Assembly (NCBI GenBank): GCA_965205015.1
Contig: OZ242029.1
Location: forward strand, 1,888,001 to 1,952,000
Length of the DNA: 64,000 bases
From: Candidatus Poribacteria bacterium
GTDB taxonomy: Bacteria > Poribacteria > WGA-4E > WGA-3G
Reading direction: 5' to 3'
Part shown: positions 18,420 to 28,013 of the stretch, one piece after another
Numbering within the stretch: the first letter of the stretch is position 1
Layout: each line of letters starts with the position of its first letter
Notes under the pieces: model-generated
Told to the model about the DNA's origin: nothing
The model's database searches: none
The model's input: only the letters and a program-made list of their open reading frames with translations
Made by a program: the position numbers and the translations under genes

Positions 18420-20363
18420 TCACCAACTCAGGTAGACGACGCGAAAATCGAAGATCAACCCCAGAATACTAATGATGGATGCAACGATCACGTCCCCGAT
18501 AACCAAGCCGATGAAAAAGGGAATCGAACGTCTATACAACCGAACACCACCTGTTGAAAGCAGAATCCGTTTCACGATCCAGCTGATGAGGAGCGGAAAC
18601 CAGAGTCCAGTAAACGTCCACCAACTTGAAACCACGTAACCGACAGGGTGTAGAGGCCACTGAACGAATCGCCATCGCAGGAGCAAAAGGCTGACGGCAA
18701 AAGCAAATCCACCGGTGGTATAGAGCATACCGCTGATGCTCGTTTCGCTCGGATTGTAGAGCCATCCCGCGAGCCTGTTGAAAGCGGCGCGGGCATACCA
18801 CGAGCGTGCTTGTTCTAAGCCGACTTGGTAGGAGAGATGCAGATGTCCCCAAGCCGCGGAGAGCGCGCCTACGAAAATCGCGATCGCCAATACCCATAAC
18901 AGTTGGGTAGGATTGAAACGGGTTTGATGTGCGAGTTTCAATCCCTCCAATTGGTGCGGCATCGGATGCGCGCGATAGGAGAGATGGTTCAACCAAAAAA
19001 AGAGCGACATCACCGAGAGATTCCGGTTTCCGATGCGCCGTGTACCGAGAGCATCTGTCAAGAGCAAGTCTGGACCGGCGTTGTAAAGGTCATGTGCCGG
19101 TGGTCCCAGTTCGGCGCGAATACGGGTGATTGTGACCGACATCGCGAAATAGAGCACGAAAAATAGACCCGCAAACCAGAGCGACATTCCTGCCTTGAGA
19201 CAGAAGACCATAATTAAAATAAATCCGACAAGCACGCCGATTCCCGCTGTTCTGTAGCGTAACGCTTCACCTTCATCATGAGTCGTAGGAGATCGGTTAC
19301 TGAAAATCGTCTGTAACACTACTTTGACATGTGCGCGTCCCATCCACAAGGTCCAGAGAAAGAGTGCTATCCATACGCCCCGAATTTGTGCCATCTCTCG
19401 CGGAAATCCGATAGCACCTCGCCAACCGAACATTTCACCGACGATCCGTTGGAAGTGCCAAAACAGATGAAAGAACCAGCAGGAGAACCCCAAATCCAGC
19501 GGAATCAGGAAACCTACGCCAATCGCAAACGGGAAGAAACTGATACGGAACCCAGGATTGTTCATCGCGCTCCACGGCTTATCGGGAAGTCGGAAGCCGC
19601 GATACAGCGGAATTGTAGGGAAAACAGGATCGATTTGGTGTAGACTATAAAGAATGTTCAGAACAGCAGCAATACTTAATCCGACAACCATCATCCGTTT
19701 ATTGAAAAATAGGTGAGACGTCGTTCGCGCGGAGTTTCCTATATTTGAAGCGGCTCGTGTGATTTCGTAAGGGAGTTGTGCGATCGGATAGGTGAGCCGT
19801 TCATGTTCCTGCCACTGCTTTCGTAAAAGCACGTTGAGGCAGAGCATTGTCACCCCGATGACGAGGCAGAAGCCCACCCATATCAGGGTCGGCGGCAGCC
19901 ATGCCTCTATGTTTGTTTGAAGATAGAATGTGGATTCGCCTTTGTAGAAGCCTTGCAGTACCTCTTGTTTTCCGACGACAAGCCATTCGGGAAGGTGTTG
20001 ATGGAAGAGGTGTGCCCATTCGTTTTCGGTAGTTGCGTACCAGAAACCGTTACCCATTAACGGTACCAAAACCTGTAGCATATCGCGCCCTGCGAAAACA
20101 GAGGCTTGACATAGCATTGCATAAATGGTTAACAACTCGCTCTGTGTAAACGCCAGTGTAGGACGTAAACGCCGCAGAACCGCACTGAATCCAATAAGCA
20201 CAAGCAACGTAAATAGAACGTTAAACAGTAATGCCAAACTCGTGGGTCGATTGGAATCCCAGATATAACTGAGATGTAGAACCCAGTAACTATTAAAGGG
20301 GATGAGAAGGATACCGATCAGCGTTGCGCGTAGCGTAATAGGACTTTTTGAAGGGTGTTTCAT
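18420..20363 (-). CDS. Polytopic membrane protein, DUF6785/DUF6784-like putative transporter
   Basis: 647 aa, many TM helices; KQWQEHERLTYPIAQLP, TRIRAELGPP, WPLHPVGY motifs. Confidence 0.6.
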   Translation of the reverse strand: MKHPSKSPITLRATLIGILLIPFNSYWVLHLSYIWDSNRPTSLALLFNVLFTLLVLIGFSAVLRRLRPTLAFTQSELLTIYAMLCQASVFAGRDMLQVLVPLMGNGFWYATTENEWAHLFHQHLPEWLVVGKQEVLQGFYKGESTFYLQTNIEAWLPPTLIWVGFCLVIGVTMLCLNVLLRKQWQEHERLTYPIAQLPYEITRAASNIGNSARTTSHLFFNKRMMVVGLSIAAVLNILYSLHQIDPVFPTIPLYRGFRLPDKPWSAMNNPGFRISFFPFAIGVGFLIPLDLGFSCWFFHLFWHFQRIVGEMFGWRGAIGFPREMAQIRGVWIALFLWTLWMGRAHVKVVLQTIFSNRSPTTHDEGEALRYRTAGIGVLVGFILIMVFCLKAGMSLWFAGLFFVLYFAMSVTITRIRAELGPPAHDLYNAGPDLLLTDALGTRRIGNRNLSVMSLFFWLNHLSYRAHPMPHQLEGLKLAHQTRFNPTQLLWVLAIAIFVGALSAAWGHLHLSYQVGLEQARSWYARAAFNRLAGWLYNPSETSISGMLYTTGGFAFAVSLLLLRWRFVQWPLHPVGYVVSSWWTFTGLWFPLLISWIVKRILLSTGGVRLYRRSIPFFIGLVIGDVIVASIISILGLIFDFRVVYLSW

Positions 20364-20418
20364 GTTTTTTAATAATGTACATTGCTATGGTCTGACAGAT
20401 GGGAGGAGATAACAGGAA

Positions 20419-20640
20419 ATGGCGATGATGGCGGTATTTGGTTTTGTTGTTATAGTTATGATATGTGGCGGTGTGCTATTGGCACGCTTGGCAACGGTTG
20501 CCAAATCTAAGAGGTCGTGGATATGGGGATTTTTCATTCTCATCGTGCTTATCTGCGTGCCACTTTTTCTATTGGGTCTCGGCGTGTGGTTTCTCCACTT
20601 TAGTGGAATATCGTCGGGACAATTTAGTCCATTTGGTTAA
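20419..20640 (+). CDS. Small two-TM membrane protein
   Basis: 73 aa, hydrophobic; GGAGGAG upstream; fills an otherwise empty gap. Confidence 0.45.
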   Translation: MAMMAVFGFVVIVMICGGVLLARLATVAKSKRSWIWGFFILIVLICVPLFLLGLGVWFLHFSGISSGQFSPFG

Positions 20641-20655
20641 TAGCGCATTGCAAAA

Positions 20656-21348
20656 TCAGAGGTCTTCCTCCGCAGATGTTTCTTCTTGGGCAACTGGCGT
20701 TTTGCCTGCCAGATAAAGAAACCATATCGTAAGCGCGATTGCGATGAGAATCCACAACACTCCCCAAATCTCAGTCGCGATGCCTGTTATCTCCGAGAGC
20801 ATTCGGGCATCCGAACGGAGGTTGGATCTGTCCAAGACATCGCTTTTAATGTCGAGAATCGCGTAGAGACAACTCGTCACGCCGATAATACGTAATACCC
20901 AATCGTTGACAGCTTCTGGGAGATAAAAGCCGATGGCGATCAGCGCAACGCCAAAGCCGATGCCGAACAGATAGGTAAATGTGCTCTCGCCAAACCCTAT
21001 GGAGATAGCCACCATGCCGATGCCGATAAGGATACTAATCGCTTTATCGAAGCGGGTCCTCGCTGCCAAGAGTAGGATGAGTCCACCCCACAGCAGGCTC
21101 CCAAGATAGCCAGCAGTTAACGTCAAAAACCGAGAACCCCCTTGTGTCAGGGCATGCCCGCCTTGCTGCGGGTTAATTTGAATTTCTACAATACGCCCTC
21201 CAGTTGCGATTGCCGCAAGCCCGTGGCTCACTTCATGCATAAAGACAACGAAGATTTTGAGGGGATACACAAACGGCGTGTTCCATAAAAACCCAATACC
21301 GATGAAAATCAGGAGCAGCGCAATATAACGTTTAAAAATTGATAGCAT
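20656..21348 (-). CDS. M50B-like intramembrane metallopeptidase
   Basis: HEVSH (HExxH), AGYLGS and SDA motifs in a multi-TM protein. Confidence 0.85.
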   Translation of the reverse strand: MLSIFKRYIALLLIFIGIGFLWNTPFVYPLKIFVVFMHEVSHGLAAIATGGRIVEIQINPQQGGHALTQGGSRFLTLTAGYLGSLLWGGLILLLAARTRFDKAISILIGIGMVAISIGFGESTFTYLFGIGFGVALIAIGFYLPEAVNDWVLRIIGVTSCLYAILDIKSDVLDRSNLRSDARMLSEITGIATEIWGVLWILIAIALTIWFLYLAGKTPVAQEETSAEEDL

Positions 21349-21432
21349 ATTTTAATTTTTCCTACCGTAGGGGTAGGTCTTGTGCCTACCCGCACATTAC
21401 CGAATTAAATTCTTAATCTTCATTAAAAATGC

Positions 21433-21461
21433 TTGCTTTTTGCCACGGAATTTGATATAGT
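21433..21461 (+). promoter_or_regulatory. sigma70-like promoter upstream of aroC
   Basis: TTGCTT-17 nt-TATAGT with extended TG. Confidence 0.4.
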
Positions 21462-21517
21462 ATACCATAAGACGTTCAAAACATACAATTCTAAGTATGA
21501 GTTATCAGTAAAAATAA

Positions 21518-22624
21518 ATGAATACCTTCGGTCATCTTTTTCGGATTACAACCTGGGGCGAATCGCACGGCGGAGCTGTTGGCGTTGTCGTTGACGGGTG
21601 TCCACCGCAAATCGACCTGGATATATCCACAATACAATTTGAACTGGATCGGCGGAGACCGGGTCAAAGCCGACTCACAACACCGCGTCAGGAGAGCGAT
21701 GTCGTTGAAATACTTTCCGGTGTTTTTGAGGGAAAGACGCTCGGAACGCCTATCTCCATGTTGGTCTGGAATAAGGACGCGCGTCCGTCAGCCTATGAAC
21801 ACCTGAAAGACCTTTACAGACCTTCGCACGCCGATTTTACCTACCAACAGAAGTACGGTATCCGAAACTGGCAGGGGGGTGGTAGAGCAAGCGCACGGGA
21901 AACCATTGGGCGTGTCGCTGCTGGAGCGATCGCCAAGCAAGTCTTGCGCGAAATGTCCGGAACCGAAACACTCGCTTACGTCAAACAGATTCATACATTG
22001 GAAGCCGAAGTCGATGCAGACACGGTGACGCTCGAAGATATAGAGGCGAGTCCTGTCCGGTGTCCCGACCCGATTGTTGGTCCGAAAATGACGGAACGCA
22101 TTGATCAGGCGCGGCGGGATCTCGACTCTCTGGGGGGTATCATCGAATCGGTTGCTCGTCCTGTGCCTGTGGGACTCGGCGAACCGGTGTTTGACAAACT
22201 CAAAGCGGATTTGGCGAAGGCAATGATGTCTCTCCCCGCAACGATGGGATTCCAAATCGGATCCGGCTTTGCGGGTGTTACGATGACAGGGTCTGAGCAT
22301 AACGATCCTTTTTATCTCGAAAAGGACGATCAAACAGAGCGTATTCGGACGCGCACAAATAACTCCGGCGGCACACAGGGCGGTATTTCAAACGGCGAAA
22401 ATATTCTGTTCCAAGTCGCTTTCAAGCCGACAGCGACAATCGGTAAACCGCAACAAACTGTTGATATGCACGGGAATGAGGTGACGTTAGAAGCAAGCGG
22501 ACGACACGATCCCTGTGTTTTAGTGCGAGCCCCTGCTATTGTCGAAGCGATGGCAGCACTTGTCCTCACGGATCATCTACTCCGCCAGCGCGCTCGGAGA
22601 TCACACGATCCCGAAAAATTCTGA
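21518..22624 (+). CDS. aroC: Chorismate synthase
   Basis: [35 protein letters not shown]. Confidence 0.96.
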   Translation: MNTFGHLFRITTWGESHGGAVGVVVDGCPPQIDLDISTIQFELDRRRPGQSRLTTPRQESDVVEILSGVFEGKTLGTPISMLVWNKDARPSAYEHLKDLYRPSHADFTYQQKYGIRNWQGGGRASARETIGRVAAGAIAKQVLREMSGTETLAYVKQIHTLEAEVDADTVTLEDIEASPVRCPDPIVGPKMTERIDQARRDLDSLGGIIESVARPVPVGLGEPVFDKLKADLAKAMMSLPATMGFQIGSGFAGVTMTGSEHNDPFYLEKDDQTERIRTRTNNSGGTQGGISNGENILFQVAFKPTATIGKPQQTVDMHGNEVTLEASGRHDPCVLVRAPAIVEAMAALVLTDHLLRQRARRSHDPEKF

Positions 22625-22986
22625 TGCAGGGCCAAACAATCATAACCACACACGATGTCGATGAACTGTTTATTTCTACAGTGATTCGACTGATCCAGCG
22701 GCGCGCCTTCCCGAACCTCCGGAATATTATTGCCAAAACCCACTCAGCTGACATCGCTCGCTGGTTTCCGCACTTTCGGGTGTATGCATGGAAGTTACCG
22801 CTTGTTGTTACACTCGCTATTTTTCTCAATATGATCATTGCAGCGACGGTTGGCACGCTGATTCCGATGTTCTTCAAGCGGGTTCGCATTGATCCAGCTA
22901 TTGCGACGGGACCTTTCGTTACGACAGCGATTGATGTGGTTGGTATTTTCGCCTATTTTTTGTTGGCGAAAGCTTTACTCTTCTAA
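22624..22986 (+). pseudogene. mgtE: Internally deleted MgtE magnesium transporter (N-terminal start fused in frame to the last TM helices)
   Basis: THSADIA (MgtE_N) joined directly to GTLIPMFFKRVRIDPAIATGPFVTTAIDVVG (MgtE C-terminal TMs); 120 aa versus about 450 typical. Confidence 0.7.
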
Positions 22987-22999
22987 CTGGAACGGGACA

Positions 23000-23479
23000 A
23001 TGGCTACAGAACCGGAAATTAAAGGAATATCGCCTGACGAAACCTTAGAAACCTGCGCTCGACAGATAATCGTGAGTTACTTTTACGAAATGATGTCCTA
23101 CAAAGAGGGGGCTAAAGCGGGGATTGATATAGAGTTTGTCCACAATATGCGCGTTACCTCGCGTCGCTTACGAGCCGCAATGGACAATTTCGCTGACTGC
23201 TTTCCAAAGGGGTCCCCGTTCAAAAAACATTACAAAAAGATAAAGGCAATAACCCGAACGATGGGAGCCGTTCGGGATCTGGATGTCCTCATCGTCCGTT
23301 TTCAGAACGAATTGGTGAATCTGACTGCAGCGGAGCAGCCAGACATCCGAGGGTTGATTGCGCATCTACAGCGGAAACGGAAGGACGCGCGGAAACCGAT
23401 GCTGACACTCTTTGAGGAACTCGAAGAAACCAATTTTGAAACTGAGTTTTTGGAATTCTTTGGGGGAAACTATAATTAA
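23000..23479 (+). CDS. CHAD-domain protein, N-terminal half
   Basis: EFVHNMRVTSRRLRAAM and MGAVRDLDVL motifs; start MATEPE. Confidence 0.8.
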   Translation: MATEPEIKGISPDETLETCARQIIVSYFYEMMSYKEGAKAGIDIEFVHNMRVTSRRLRAAMDNFADCFPKGSPFKKHYKKIKAITRTMGAVRDLDVLIVRFQNELVNLTAAEQPDIRGLIAHLQRKRKDARKPMLTLFEELEETNFETEFLEFFGGNYN

Positions 23480-23482
23480 AGA

Positions 23483-24028
23483 ATGGCGAAAGCGCATAAA
23501 ATTACCGGTGTTGCACCGCTGCGGAGTTATCAGGAGAACGCACGCATCCTTCTTCCACAAAGGCTTGAAGAGGTTTATACGTGGGAATCGTTCATTCGGG
23601 ACGAGACGAAGCGTGAAGAACTCCACAATATGCGAATTTCCATTAAACGCCTCCGCTATACGATGGAACTTTTTCGCGTAGTTTATGGATTGCCGACTGC
23701 TGACAGTCAGTACGCTGAATTTCTCGCCGTAATCGTTGATTTACAAGAGATACTCGGCGATATTCACGACGCTGATGTCGTCTTAGAGGTTTTAGGGGAT
23801 TATACATCTCAATCCAAAAATCAAGGAGGACAGATGGAGGTTCCTCCGGGTATTTCTACACTCATTACTCGGACGGCGGAAACCCGCAAAACGGATTATG
23901 AAACGTTTTTAAAAAAGTGGGATCACCTCTCCGCTGCAGGTTTCAAACAGAAGTTGTTATCCATTTTTACTAGAATAGAAAAACCAAACATGCAAGCCCG
24001 TAACGTAGTGGAGGGCGGATCTACGTAA
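23483..24028 (+). CDS. CHAD-domain protein, C-terminal half
   Basis: ELHNMRISIKRLRYTMELF and LQEILGDIHDADV motifs. Confidence 0.8.
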   Translation: MAKAHKITGVAPLRSYQENARILLPQRLEEVYTWESFIRDETKREELHNMRISIKRLRYTMELFRVVYGLPTADSQYAEFLAVIVDLQEILGDIHDADVVLEVLGDYTSQSKNQGGQMEVPPGISTLITRTAETRKTDYETFLKKWDHLSAAGFKQKLLSIFTRIEKPNMQARNVVEGGST

Positions 24029-24081
24029 AGGCAGATCATAGACTAAACCCGCCTCAACGAACCGCAAGGAAAGTTAAAAAT

Positions 24082-25056
24082 ATGAGTGCTAATGTTATCG
24101 GTGTGGATATGGGCGGCACCAAGATTCTGTCCGCTGTCATTGATGCAGAGGGGAATATCTTAGCCACAGCCAAAGTCCCAACGAAGGCGGACAGAGGCGT
24201 ATCCGAAGTGATTGATCGGATCGCAGGCTCTGTCCAAAAAGCGGTTGACAAATCAGGCGTTGCCTCCGATTCAATTCAAGCGATCGGCATTGGTGCTCCA
24301 GGACCGCTTGACCCTGCAACAGGTGTTGTCATTTTCGCACCGAATCTCGGATGGAGGGATGTTCCACTGAAAACAGAATTGGAAACACGTACCGGCTTTC
24401 CAACCTTTGTTGACAATGATGTGAACGTCGGAACGCTCGGGGAACACGTATTTGGTGCGGGGAGAGGCGTCCAGAACGTCGTCGGGATTTTTGTAGGCAC
24501 GGGTATTGGCGGGGGCATCATTCTAAACGGTAAACTGTTCCACGGTGCGAGCAAGACAGCCGGTGAAATCGGACACATCATCGTCAAAGCAGGGGGGCCA
24601 CGCTGCGGCTGTGGCACGCGCGGGTGTTTGGAAGCAATCGCCAGTCGCACGGCGATGACAAAGCAATTCCGAAAGGCAATTCTCAAAAAGGGAAAGAAAA
24701 GTGTGATTTCCGAGCTTACCGGCGGGGACCTCGATGCTATTCGGAGTGGGGTCTTGGCGAAAGCGATCCGCGCAAACGATAAGTTAACCCTCAAAGTTTT
24801 CAAAAAAGTAACGAAATACCTGGGAATTGGCATCGGTTCTATTGTAAATTTCTTAAATCCAGAGATGATTGTGCTCGGTGGCGGTGTTGTTGAAGCACTC
24901 GACGATACGTTCTTGGACGATATCCGTGCCGCCGCTGAAAAATACGCGCTGCCCAATACACTGAGCGGGGTTCAAATTGTACCGGCAAAACTGGGCGATA
25001 ATTCCGCTATTCTTGGCGCAGCTGCCTTGGCACGACAGCGATCCGAAGCGGCGTAG
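24082..25056 (+). CDS. ROK-family sugar kinase (glucokinase-like)
   Basis: IGVDMGGTK, VDNDVN, GTGIGGG, GEIGH, CGCG..GCLE zinc motif; no N-terminal HTH. Confidence 0.9.
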   Translation: MSANVIGVDMGGTKILSAVIDAEGNILATAKVPTKADRGVSEVIDRIAGSVQKAVDKSGVASDSIQAIGIGAPGPLDPATGVVIFAPNLGWRDVPLKTELETRTGFPTFVDNDVNVGTLGEHVFGAGRGVQNVVGIFVGTGIGGGIILNGKLFHGASKTAGEIGHIIVKAGGPRCGCGTRGCLEAIASRTAMTKQFRKAILKKGKKSVISELTGGDLDAIRSGVLAKAIRANDKLTLKVFKKVTKYLGIGIGSIVNFLNPEMIVLGGGVVEALDDTFLDDIRAAAEKYALPNTLSGVQIVPAKLGDNSAILGAAALARQRSEAA

Positions 25057-25107
25057 CGAAACTGAGACCCGACGGTATCGTTTTATAAGTGCGGGGAGGG
25101 TAAATCC

Positions 25108-26787
25108 ATGTTAGTTGATGATAACAGAGAAGAACATCGGATGATGATTTTCGGCAACGATAGCCGCCTCGTTCAAGAGCGGTTAATCGTGGAAAAAGAT
25201 GCAAAGCGGGACGGAATTTTGGCACAGAAGGTTCATGCCGATTCCTACACCGTCACGCTGTATGTGTTGCTGAAGGATTATGGACTTACGCCGGTCTTTC
25301 GCATCAAGCCACGTATCCGCTTCCATCGCTCTAACTACGATAACCTCTCTTCGAGTGCACCCCTAAAGTATCGTCTTGATGACATCATCCATTTCGCTGA
25401 GTTAAAACGCGGCATTGATTTGACAGAAAAGATTGATGATGTCAAACTCGCAGAAATCCTCGGAGACGCCCCCGCACTCAAGGACGTAACGGATGATCCT
25501 GCGTTACAGCTCGTCTCACAGCGCGATGTATCCCTCAGCAACCCGCCTTTTAAAACCAAAACCAAGGTTTTTGGAAAAAATGAAGATGAAGGTGTAGAAG
25601 AAGGAGGGATTCAGATTGGAACGTTCCTTGACGCCCTCAATCAACCGAAACAGACTGAGCAGATTTTCAAACGTTTTGCACGCGGAAAAGAATTTGCCCG
25701 TGATTTGCGCGAAGCCTTAGCACCTTACGAAGATTTTGAATTTCAGTTTGGACTCTATTCTCGGTATGAACGGCGAGATTGCATATTAGCGGATGGGGAT
25801 GCGGAAACCAGCGGGAACTACCGAGCAACATTCGATCCGTGGACAGCACTCGGATATATCCGAACTGCCGGCGACGCGCAGCAATTCCAAATTTTAATGC
25901 ATGAACGCGGCACCCGATGGGAGCATAAAGTTATGTTGGAGCAGTTGGATGCCCCAACGCTTGAACGACTTGCTACGGAGATCCCTGGACTCCGCCGCCA
26001 ATATCTGATCGGACGCGTTTTGTCGAAAAGCCAGACGGCGCTGACCCGATTGGCTGAACTTCGCCAATCCCAGCTGAATCTCACAACCGATTTGCATACC
26101 GGATATACGCTCCAGTTAGAGATACCAGTCCCTAAAAAGCGATTTTCTGTCATAGAACATCGTCGAAAATTGCGGACTATTTTTAACGGTGGCGGTGCTT
26201 ATCGTCTGCATTCACTGAACGGGGAGTTTGTTGAGCGGCATCATAACATGGCGAAGGGCATCCGAGATGGCATCGTCTGGACGTTGGATTCCGTTGAGTT
26301 GTTTACGGGACAACCGCCATTAAAGGACCAGGATGAAGAGTTTCTTATCATCAAAACGCCGCATCAGAACAAATTCGTGGTCCGCTCCGCCGAAGAACTT
26401 CGCGAACGCCTTCCCAAAAACGGGTTTGAAAAGTGTTGGAATGAAGCCATCGATGTCGGTGGGTATACCATCCTCAGCCGGATGACCGGGAGGGTCTATC
26501 TCGTGAGCTACGGACGGAGGAATATCGGCAGCATCCGTGAAGGCAACGTTACCCAGGACGATGTTGCGCATTATCTCTCAATTGAATACTTAGGACTGGA
26601 TGCTAACCGTATTGGAAATTCACGTTTCGGCGTGCCGCTCCATGTCCAGCAGGGCTTCTTTGAAAGAATCTTCAGCAGGCGACCTGTCCCGCCCATCTTT
26701 AGCCAGTTGATGCAAATCGAGGCACAGGTCATCGCAGAAATGAAAACCCTCGCTCGGCACTGCAAAGAAAAACTGGAGATTCCATAG
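25108..26787 (+). CDS. VTC/CYTH-like (triphosphate tunnel metalloenzyme) protein, possibly with a second degenerate CYTH-like domain
   Basis: Ordered motifs REEHR, KPRIRF, FAELKR, YSRYERR, RATFD, WEHK, LSK parallel the VTC consensus; C-half has LQLEI and YLSIEY strands. Confidence 0.5.
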   Translation: MLVDDNREEHRMMIFGNDSRLVQERLIVEKDAKRDGILAQKVHADSYTVTLYVLLKDYGLTPVFRIKPRIRFHRSNYDNLSSSAPLKYRLDDIIHFAELKRGIDLTEKIDDVKLAEILGDAPALKDVTDDPALQLVSQRDVSLSNPPFKTKTKVFGKNEDEGVEEGGIQIGTFLDALNQPKQTEQIFKRFARGKEFARDLREALAPYEDFEFQFGLYSRYERRDCILADGDAETSGNYRATFDPWTALGYIRTAGDAQQFQILMHERGTRWEHKVMLEQLDAPTLERLATEIPGLRRQYLIGRVLSKSQTALTRLAELRQSQLNLTTDLHTGYTLQLEIPVPKKRFSVIEHRRKLRTIFNGGGAYRLHSLNGEFVERHHNMAKGIRDGIVWTLDSVELFTGQPPLKDQDEEFLIIKTPHQNKFVVRSAEELRERLPKNGFEKCWNEAIDVGGYTILSRMTGRVYLVSYGRRNIGSIREGNVTQDDVAHYLSIEYLGLDANRIGNSRFGVPLHVQQGFFERIFSRRPVPPIFSQLMQIEAQVIAEMKTLARHCKEKLEIP

Positions 26788-26831
26788 ACATTCAGGTTTG
26801 ATGTTGGGGACTCTCTCTGTGAGGTAAACAG

Positions 26832-28013
26832 ATGATACAATACCTTAAAGTTAAGGGACTCAATAATCGTCTTGACGGTGAATTTGAGTTCAATGAAGAC
26901 CTAAACATTTTTACTGGTGCCAACGGTTCGTGTAAAACGACCCTGCTGAAACTGATATGGTACTTCATAAGTGGCAATTTACAGCAAATTGTGCTTGAAA
27001 TTCCGTTTCATACTATTTCAATTCAAACGGATCTCTTTGATTTCAGTATGAAACGCGTTGAACCCGACGAAATTATATTTGATTACAGATTCGGTAAAGA
27101 AGATGGCGTGTACGAACCTATTGACATAGATACAGAAACAGGAAAAGTCAACCGGACAGATATGGATAGAGTGAATTCGCTTGAAAAGCGGATTGTTCAA
27201 ACAACCAAACGAAGTCTATTCTTCCCAACCTTTAGAAGAATTGAAGGTGGTTTTTCGAGAGTTACCACAGAGACCGATAGTTTAGCGATGATACTTCTCA
27301 CTTCCACGCCAGAAATGCTTCAATCCGCAATATTGGGATTTTCTAATAAGGTGTCAATCAACGGACACAAGTTCATCGCTTCGATCTCAACAGAAGATCT
27401 CGGTGAACTACTCACGCAGAAATACGCTGATATTTATGAAGAAATTAGCACACGCCAGTCGCGGGTATTGGAAGAGATTTTAAGAGAGGTGCAAAACAAT
27501 CCAGATAAGAAAAAAGTTTCTGAGATTATTCAAGATCCTTTGGCTGTTTTGAATGCTATTCAGAAAGTTAATGCGGAACGAGAACAGTTGGGTAAGCCGT
27601 TTTCTGTGTTGTCTGAGTTATCTCGGAAGATTCTACGATATAATGCAATTCATGTTACCGGACGGGTTATTGGTGGAGAAACTACCGAGGGGATTACTTT
27701 AGAAGAAGGAGGAGACGGAATTACTGTTGGAGAAGCAAAAGATGCTATTTCCTCTGACAAACTCTCTTCTGGTGAAAAGCAGATGCTTAGCTTTCTTTGT
27801 TACAACGCTTTTAGCGAAGACACTGCTATTTTCATTGATGAGCCCGAGTTAAGTCTGCATGTGGACTGGGAAGGGATCCTCTTGCCTACTCTGCTTGAAC
27901 AAGCAACGACTAACCAGTTTTTTGTCGCGACACATTCACCTTTCATCTATACTATGTATCCTGACAAGGAATTTATGTTGGATGATACTCGGGGATATCA
28001 GGGAGCAGTTTAG
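26832..28013 (+). CDS. ABC/AAA_21-type ATPase (PARIS AriA / OLD-like)
   Basis: Walker A GANGSCKT, signature LSSGEKQ, Walker B FIDEPELSLH, H-loop ATHSP. Confidence 0.8.
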   Translation: MIQYLKVKGLNNRLDGEFEFNEDLNIFTGANGSCKTTLLKLIWYFISGNLQQIVLEIPFHTISIQTDLFDFSMKRVEPDEIIFDYRFGKEDGVYEPIDIDTETGKVNRTDMDRVNSLEKRIVQTTKRSLFFPTFRRIEGGFSRVTTETDSLAMILLTSTPEMLQSAILGFSNKVSINGHKFIASISTEDLGELLTQKYADIYEEISTRQSRVLEEILREVQNNPDKKKVSEIIQDPLAVLNAIQKVNAEREQLGKPFSVLSELSRKILRYNAIHVTGRVIGGETTEGITLEEGGDGITVGEAKDAISSDKLSSGEKQMLSFLCYNAFSEDTAIFIDEPELSLHVDWEGILLPTLLEQATTNQFFVATHSPFIYTMYPDKEFMLDDTRGYQGAV

